A stretch of DNA of 12,157 bases from Nanobdellota archaeon. GTDB lineage: Archaea > Nanobdellota > Nanobdellia > Woesearchaeales > JAHWHD01. Of this stretch, positions 6,996-12,157 are shown piece after piece (the first letter of the stretch is position 1; each line of letters opens with the position of its first letter). The notes under the pieces are model-generated. The model saw only the letters and a program-made list of their open reading frames with translations. It ran no database searches and was not told where the DNA came from. A program made the translations under genes and the position numbers. The DNA lies in contig JAYENX010000025.1 in the NCBI GenBank assembly GCA_034722435.1, positions 28,931 through 41,087 of the forward strand. Direction: 5' to 3'.

Positions 6996-7418
6996 ATGAC
7001 TTATAAATATCTTGAACACACTGCAGATGTTAAGTTCCGCGCATACGGCGATACATTAGAGGAAGCTTTCATAAATGCAGCATACGCATACCAAGACGTT
7101 GTTAGCGACCATACTAAGATAAAACCTAACATAACAAAAACTATTAATATTAAATCTGAAGACGACAAATCTCTTCTTTACGATTTCATTGAAGAGTTCA
7201 TTGTACTTCTTGATACTGATACTTTCTTGTTAGCAGAAATCAAATCCATAAAGATAACTAAAACAGATAACAAACATCAATTAACTGCGGAAATAGTCGG
7301 AGATAACAAACCCGAACAATACGAAATCTTAACACACGCTAAAGCAATGACGTATCAAGAGATGAAGATAGAAGAAACAGATGAAGGGTTTATGGTTCAG
7401 GTTGTAATAGATCTTTAG
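6996..7418 (+). CDS. Archease (RtcB activator)
   Basis: YKYLEHTADV N-terminal motif, G.TLEEAF.NAA, KAMTY and C-terminal V.IDL. Confidence 0.95.
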   Translation: MTYKYLEHTADVKFRAYGDTLEEAFINAAYAYQDVVSDHTKIKPNITKTINIKSEDDKSLLYDFIEEFIVLLDTDTFLLAEIKSIKITKTDNKHQLTAEIVGDNKPEQYEILTHAKAMTYQEMKIEETDEGFMVQVVIDL

Positions 7419-7847
7419 TTACCTACTAAAAAACTCAATATTAATTGATTCAACATTTAACATTGGAGAAGTTGTCTTACCATTTTTATTCAACTTAACC
7501 AGATCAAACTTTTCTAATATTTTCAAATCATCATAAATATTTTTAATATCGCGTTTCACATGCCTGGACAATTCTGCAATAGATGAAAAACTTATTTTAT
7601 CTAACTGATTAAGAATCTCTAACCTTTTTTTTGTAAACACTTTCCTGAACTTTTCCAATGTAAGTTCTGTCACTAACTCCTCATCAAAATATACCTCTCC
7701 TGATTCTTCATAAGCTCTGATTGCTTGCGTATACTTTTCTAATGTTAATACTTCGTCATCATTAAGGTTTTTTTTCCTTTTCAATGACTTTGTTCTTTTA
7801 AGAATCTCTCCCGCATCCACATTACGAACTATATTAATTCTCATCAT
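7419..7847 (-). CDS. Winged-HTH putative transcription regulator (COG4190/HVO_A0114-like C-terminal domain)
   Basis: FT.KRLEIL...SI.EL.R.V.RD.KNIY.DLKILE.F.LV.L pattern; stop codon abuts the archease stop; divergent from rtcB. Confidence 0.8.
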   Translation of the reverse strand: MMRINIVRNVDAGEILKRTKSLKRKKNLNDDEVLTLEKYTQAIRAYEESGEVYFDEELVTELTLEKFRKVFTKKRLEILNQLDKISFSSIAELSRHVKRDIKNIYDDLKILEKFDLVKLNKNGKTTSPMLNVESINIEFFSR

Positions 7848-7868
7848 TGGTATCTAACACCAATAACC

Positions 7869-7878
7869 TATTTAAAGT
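7869..7878. promoter_or_regulatory. Single palindromic TATA core (TTTAAA, 7871-7876) positioned to serve both the HTH gene (-) and rtcB (+)
   Basis: The only TATA-like element in the 62-nt divergent gap; about 24 nt from the HTH ATG and about 34 nt from the rtcB ATG at 7910; GGTGAT SD at 7900-7905. Confidence 0.55.
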
Positions 7879-7909
7879 TTTTGCATGGAATTAACAATTG
7901 GTGATGCTC

Positions 7910-9349
7910 ATGTATAAAGAAGTAGAAAAAATAACTCCAAACAAAATTACAGAATTCATGTACGAAATACCTAAAGAGGGTGGTATGAATGTTCCTTGTA
8001 GAATTTTTGCAAGTGAACCACTTTTATCATTAATGCAAAAAGATAGAACTTTGATGCAGGGTAAAGAGATGGCATATCTTCCAGGTATATACAAATATTC
8101 AATTATAATGCCTGACGGTCACCAAGGTTACGGTTTCCCGATTGGCGGTGTTGCTGCTCTGGACACAAAAACTGGCGGCATCTCTCCGGGAGGTATTGGT
8201 TACGATATTAATTGCGGAGTAAGATTACTAAGAACAAACATCAAATATGAAGAAGCTAAAGAAAAAGTCAAAGAACTTCTTGATAAGTTATTAGAATACT
8301 GTCCCGCAGGTATAGGTTCTTCTAACATAAGAATTACGGATGAAGAACTTAACAAACTTCTTAACAATGGCGCTAAATGGGCAGTTGATAACGGTTACGG
8401 TGACGAAGACGATCTTAAACATTGCGAAGAATCTGGTTGTATGTCACAGGCAGACGCATCTGCAGTTTCAGATAAAGCAAAAAAACGTGGTAGAAAACAA
8501 ATTGCAACTTTAGGATCTGGTAACCATTTCCTTGAAATACAATATGTTGACGAGATTTATGACGAAGAGACTGCAAAAGCTTTTGGTCTGGAAAAAGGTA
8601 ATGTAGTTTTCATGATACATTGCGGTTCCAGAGGACTAGGTCACCAGGTTTGCTCAGATTATTTGAGAGATATGGAACGTACATTCCCTGAGATAGTGAA
8701 AACACTCCCTGATAGAGAACTTATCTATGCACCTGCAGGACATGAGTTATGCGATAAATATTTGAAAGCTATGGCAGCTGCTGCAAACTTTGCATGGACA
8801 AACCGTCATGTATTAGGTCACCAGACAAGAACTGCTATCAAAGAATTTTTCCCTGACGCAGAAGTTAAAACTGTTTACGATGTTGCACATAACATTGCTA
8901 AAGTTGAAACTCACATGATTGATGGCGAAGAAACTGAAGTTTATGTACACAGAAAAGGGGCGACAAGAGCATTCGGCCCTGGAAGAAAAGAAATTCCTGA
9001 AGCTTACAGAGAGATTGGTCAACCAATCATTTTACCTGGTTCAATGGGTACCTGTTCATACGTTCTTGTAGGAACTAATGAAGGCATGGAACTTACATTC
9101 GGTTCAACTGCACATGGCGCTGGCAGAGTAATGTCACGTCATGCAGCTTTGAAAGAATTTAAAGGCGAACAAGTTGTTAAGGATATGGCAGCTCAAGGTA
9201 TCACTGTTAAAGGTGTTTCTATGAAAGGTGTCGCTGAAGAAGCAGCAGGAGCATATAAAGATGTTGATGAAGTTGTTAAAGTCTCAGACGCTGCAGGTAT
9301 CGGCAGGAAAGTTGTAAAACTAAAACCTCTTGGTGTGATTAAGGGTTAA
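7910..9349 (+). CDS. rtcB: RNA-splicing/repair ligase RtcB (archaeal type)
   Basis: MPDGHQGYGFPIGG, YDINCGVR, LGSGNHFLE, HCGSRG, YDVAHN, HRKGAT, PGSMG and STAHGAGR motifs; start set at ATG 7910 from the SD. Confidence 0.97.
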   Translation: MYKEVEKITPNKITEFMYEIPKEGGMNVPCRIFASEPLLSLMQKDRTLMQGKEMAYLPGIYKYSIIMPDGHQGYGFPIGGVAALDTKTGGISPGGIGYDINCGVRLLRTNIKYEEAKEKVKELLDKLLEYCPAGIGSSNIRITDEELNKLLNNGAKWAVDNGYGDEDDLKHCEESGCMSQADASAVSDKAKKRGRKQIATLGSGNHFLEIQYVDEIYDEETAKAFGLEKGNVVFMIHCGSRGLGHQVCSDYLRDMERTFPEIVKTLPDRELIYAPAGHELCDKYLKAMAAAANFAWTNRHVLGHQTRTAIKEFFPDAEVKTVYDVAHNIAKVETHMIDGEETEVYVHRKGATRAFGPGRKEIPEAYREIGQPIILPGSMGTCSYVLVGTNEGMELTFGSTAHGAGRVMSRHAALKEFKGEQVVKDMAAQGITVKGVSMKGVAEEAAGAYKDVDEVVKVSDAAGIGRKVVKLKPLGVIKG

Positions 9350-9427
9350 TTTATTTTTTTTATATTCTATAACTTCTATTTTTAATAATATAAATCTATA
9401 TAACTTATTTTAACTGTCCTTATAATT

Positions 9428-10126
9428 ATGGCAGAAGTTCGTGTTAGTTGTAGTGGATTGGTCTATGCACCTGTTGATGATTGTATTCTGGGACATTATT
9501 CTAGGAGTAAATTAAAGAAAAAAGGTAAATGGTTCATGAGCCCTTTTGGTGGTAGGAACATGCACGATGAAACTGTTGATTCTTTTATGAAATCTTTAAA
9601 TGTACGTTATGAATCAAAAGAGCGTCAGTTAAACTTGTGGCTACCTGAGAAAAATGTTGAACGTTTTGTTGATTGGCTTTATGAAGGACAAGATCGGGAA
9701 ATTGTACCTTTGCGCGAACTTGGTGAAGAATTAGTTGATGAAGAACACGTATTTCCAGATAGGGAAGTTCCATTCACTCTTGACCGAGGCTTTACACTTA
9801 GAAAACTTACAGAACGTGCTGGCGGAGGTCCTCCAACATTTTACTTTTTTGATGTTTATAGAATGCAGTTGGAGAACTATGACGCATTCAGACAAGCAGA
9901 GAATCGTGAAGGGTGCGGTATACGTTTAGTAACAAGAAAAGAAATTGATATTGGAAAGATGAATCGTCCGGGCCTCTCAGAACATAACGCAGAGTTGGGT
10001 GATATGTTTCAATACTTTGATCTTCCAAAACAAGAACTTGAAGCCAGAGTAACTTTAAATGCAAAAGATAATGTGGAAGTCACAGACATATCTGATGAAA
10101 TACATAAATTTGAACGTTTTCTTTAA
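9428..10126 (+). CDS. Stand-alone NUDIX-fold protein resembling the SMODS-associated NUDIX (Sa_NUDIX) family
   Basis: VRVSC...; SPFGG; L.L.LP.KNV..F..W...G..RE..PLRELGEEL (REUXEE Nudix core); T.YFFDVY. Resemblance recognised from memory, not searched. Confidence 0.65.
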   Translation: MAEVRVSCSGLVYAPVDDCILGHYSRSKLKKKGKWFMSPFGGRNMHDETVDSFMKSLNVRYESKERQLNLWLPEKNVERFVDWLYEGQDREIVPLRELGEELVDEEHVFPDREVPFTLDRGFTLRKLTERAGGGPPTFYFFDVYRMQLENYDAFRQAENREGCGIRLVTRKEIDIGKMNRPGLSEHNAELGDMFQYFDLPKQELEARVTLNAKDNVEVTDISDEIHKFERFL

Positions 10127-10174
10127 TAATATTCCAACTCTATTTTTATTTAGAACACTTTCCTTTAATAAATA

Positions 10175-10663
10175 TTATTTCAACTTTTGTAATTCTTTCT
10201 TAAATAATTTCATTTCTGATTCAGTTAATCTTAAGTTTTTAAACTTTTTTCCTTTCTTAGGTATATCTGGAGGGTTCCCCCAATCTTTATCAGTCTTAAA
10301 CCTTGGATAAATGTTCCAGTGTATGTGCGGATCCCAGTTATCCAGGTATTCCATGTTAAGCCTGTCAAATTTTATAGCTTTATGCAAAGCTCGGCAAACC
10401 TTGATAGCATCATTAAAAAACGAGTTCAACGTTTTTCTGTGCAACAACATAAGATGTTCTTCATGAGCTCTTGTCGCAATCACCAGATGCCCTTTATGAT
10501 GCGCCCTTCCCATTACAACTATGATGTGCGCATTCTCAAAAAGTATATCTTCTTTCTTAATGTGCAGTTTACAAAATTTACACTTAGGATGTTTATCAGG
10601 ATGTTGATGTTCATGCTTAACAAACTTCTTCAAAAACTCTTTATGACGCTTAGAATGTCTCAT
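10175..10663 (-). CDS. HIT family protein, His-rich, non-canonical HxHxN motif
   Basis: CKFC, KGHLVI...H, DPHIHWNIYPR; ATGA overlap with the upstream paralogue. Confidence 0.88.
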   Translation of the reverse strand: MRHSKRHKEFLKKFVKHEHQHPDKHPKCKFCKLHIKKEDILFENAHIIVVMGRAHHKGHLVIATRAHEEHLMLLHRKTLNSFFNDAIKVCRALHKAIKFDRLNMEYLDNWDPHIHWNIYPRFKTDKDWGNPPDIPKKGKKFKNLRLTESEMKLFKKELQKLK

Positions 10664-11094
10664 TTTAATTTACGATGCCCCTTCATTAACTTTATTATTT
10701 TTTGTTTTTCTTTCTCAGTCAACTCTTTCTTCCTAAACCTCGAATTCTTGCCAGGTATCTTGATAGGTTGTCCCCATGCAGAATCATCATTCTTAAACCT
10801 TGGATAAATATGTCCATGGATATGGTGTACCCAGTTACCGTTTATCTGATAATTGATAATGTCAGGTTTAATCGTTTTCTCAATTGCTTTACCAATCTTT
10901 TGCCAGGCATACATAAAATCTTTTAACTCTTTATTTGTTAATTTTATAATATCTTCAACATGCCTCTTGAGCATAACAACAGTATGCCCTCTAAAATCCG
11001 GCCTTGAGAAATAAGCTACTACCGAATCATTTTCCCAGAAATAATCTTTTGATTTTAATCGTTCGCATTTACTACACCCTTTTTTATATCTCAT
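10660..11094 (-). CDS. HIT family protein, canonical HxHxH motif
   Basis: CSKC, RGHTVV...H, VHHIHGHIYPR; start moved to the ATG at 11094 (MRYKKG). Confidence 0.9.
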   Translation of the reverse strand: MRYKKGCSKCERLKSKDYFWENDSVVAYFSRPDFRGHTVVMLKRHVEDIIKLTNKELKDFMYAWQKIGKAIEKTIKPDIINYQINGNWVHHIHGHIYPRFKNDDSAWGQPIKIPGKNSRFRKKELTEKEKQKIIKLMKGHRKLK

Positions 11095-11152
11095 TTTAAG
11101 CACAATAATAGAAATCAAGTTTATATATGTTTCTTTCCTGATTAATGATTTT

Positions 11153-11389
11153 TTAATTTAAAGTTGTAGGTTTTAGTTTCCTTATAATCCAGCCAACAAT
11201 ACAAGCAACTAGATAAGAAACTAACCCGTGCCCGACCATCATATAAATAAAACTGGTAATCATCTCTCCAACAGTACATTTATGAAAAAACGGACAAAAT
11301 CCTATGCCAATATTGAACAACAAAACTCCTACCCATATAATTCCAACAAATATCAACTTCCCTTTAGTAATTTTGAAAAACTCTTTCAT
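11153..11389 (-). CDS. Small membrane protein (about 78 aa, 2 predicted TM helices)
   Basis: Basic N-terminus, two hydrophobic segments separated by a CPFFHKC loop. Confidence 0.6.
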   Translation of the reverse strand: MKEFFKITKGKLIFVGIIWVGVLLFNIGIGFCPFFHKCTVGEMITSFIYMMVGHGLVSYLVACIVGWIIRKLKPTTLN

Positions 11390-11488
11390 TTTAAACATAA
11401 TAACATAAATCCTATTTATATCTATCCTGATTCATTTAAAATTCTAACAATCGTAATCTTTAATAATTACCTGCAATCATCATCTTTA

Positions 11489-11965
11489 ATGCTAGAACCA
11501 AACAGATACCGTGACATAAGAATTATGTCAGACGACCAGGCAAGACTTATTACTAACATTTTCACTAATGACACATATTTTTCGCCAAGAAAACGCGTTC
11601 TTGACATTGGCTGTGGACGCGGCAAGTTTCTTAACACTTCTGCTACTCGTAATATTGAAGCATACGGAGTAGACCTGAGAGCGGTATACAAAGGAGATAA
11701 CCTTGTTCTTGCTGATGCGTATAAACTTCCTTTCAAAGACGATTCATTTGACGCAGTCCTTGCAAACTGGTTTTTTAACGACCTTAAAGATTTACAAAAT
11801 ATTACAGACAAAGATCTTATGCCTTTAGAGGATGAGATTAAACGTGTCATACAACCTCAAGGCATTCTGTTAGTAGGTCCTGGTATTTTCACGTCTATGT
11901 ACGACTTCGAACCTTTTTATATACCTGAACTAAAATACTTGTTAGCATATTCTTTAAAAGAATGA
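11489..11965 (+). CDS. Class I SAM-dependent methyltransferase (158 aa)
   Basis: VLDIGCGRG motif I, GVDL, LADAYKLPFKDDSFDAV; the upstream part of the tracked ORF is antisense to the membrane gene and AT-rich, so the start is placed at 11489. Confidence 0.88.
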   Translation: MLEPNRYRDIRIMSDDQARLITNIFTNDTYFSPRKRVLDIGCGRGKFLNTSATRNIEAYGVDLRAVYKGDNLVLADAYKLPFKDDSFDAVLANWFFNDLKDLQNITDKDLMPLEDEIKRVIQPQGILLVGPGIFTSMYDFEPFYIPELKYLLAYSLKE

Positions 11966-11967
11966 AA

Positions 11968-12156
11968 TTATTCCAACTTAAACTCAAACTTATTCCTGCT
12001 CCAGAACCATAACGGAGAATGCATATCTATAGGGTTTATTCCTGTTCCATCTAAAACCTGTCTCCATTTCTCTGATAGTTTTTCTTTAGAGACAGTTTCT
12101 GCTTCGTCTTTACTTATTACTCCTAAAACGACTGAACATTTAGTAACATGTGTATC
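11968..12156 (-). CDS. C-terminal fragment of a gene entering from the right edge; resembles an AGOG-like N-glycosylase/DNA lyase C-terminus
   Basis: Open frame DTHVTKCSVVLGVI...KWRQVLDGTGINPIDMHSPLWFWSRNKFEFKLE* with stop at 11968-11970; absent from the ORF track; the family call is tentative. Confidence 0.55.
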   Translation of the reverse strand, partial: DTHVTKCSVVLGVISKDEAETVSKEKLSEKWRQVLDGTGINPIDMHSPLWFWSRNKFEFKLE

Positions 12157-12157
12157 A

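Noticed and set aside
10319-10807. 162-aa plus-strand ORF
   Set aside because: Antisense shadow of the two HIT genes; Met/Phe-rich composition mirrors His/Lys codons on the other strand
9428-11094. Complete CBASS-type defence system
   Set aside because: No CD-NTase, SAVED/CARF, TIR or phospholipase effector is visible in the window
11228-11488. N-terminal 87 aa of the tracked 245-aa methyltransferase ORF
   Set aside because: Overlaps the minus-strand membrane gene and AT-rich intergenic DNA; Asn/Ser-rich and non-domain-like
1237-11850. Remaining short tracked ORFs (1237-1458, 1362-1544, 1595-1783, 2485-2676, 2789-3013, 3014-3202, 7891-8094, 8813-9022, 9585-9773, 9735-9929, 10059-10310, 10702-10926, 11467-11850)
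   Set aside because: All lie within or antisense to well-supported genes and show no motifs

Overview
AT-rich archaeal window, most likely a DPANN (Woesearchaeota/Pacearchaeota-like) chromosome. The lineage is inferred from archaeal-type RtcB plus archease, an Sfm1/DUF431 SPOUT protein, GGTGAT Shine-Dalgarno motifs, TATA boxes about 25 nt upstream of starts and a BHB-intron tRNA. Left to right: a perfect 77-bp tandem repeat at the window edge, glutaredoxin, a hypothetical protein, a RimK-like ATP-grasp ligase, divergent sucD/sucC, a HIT protein, an elongator tRNA-Met(CAT), a lipoprotein, a hypothetical plus Sfm1-like methyltransferase pair, archease, a winged-HTH regulator, rtcB, a stand-alone SMODS-associated-type NUDIX protein, two tandem HIT paralogues, a small membrane protein, a class I methyltransferase and a truncated glycosylase-like ORF missed by the ORF track. 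Two observations stand out. (1) The tRNA-Met appears to carry two introns (37/38 and 44/45) around a 7-nt micro-exon, with mutually exclusive splice folds. (2) The RNA ligase genes (archease, rtcB) sit with a dedicated-looking HTH regulator and three pyrophosphate-bond hydrolases (NUDIX, 2 HIT), a possible RNA-repair and cap/nucleotide-clean-up module. Family calls are from motif recognition only; no searches were run.
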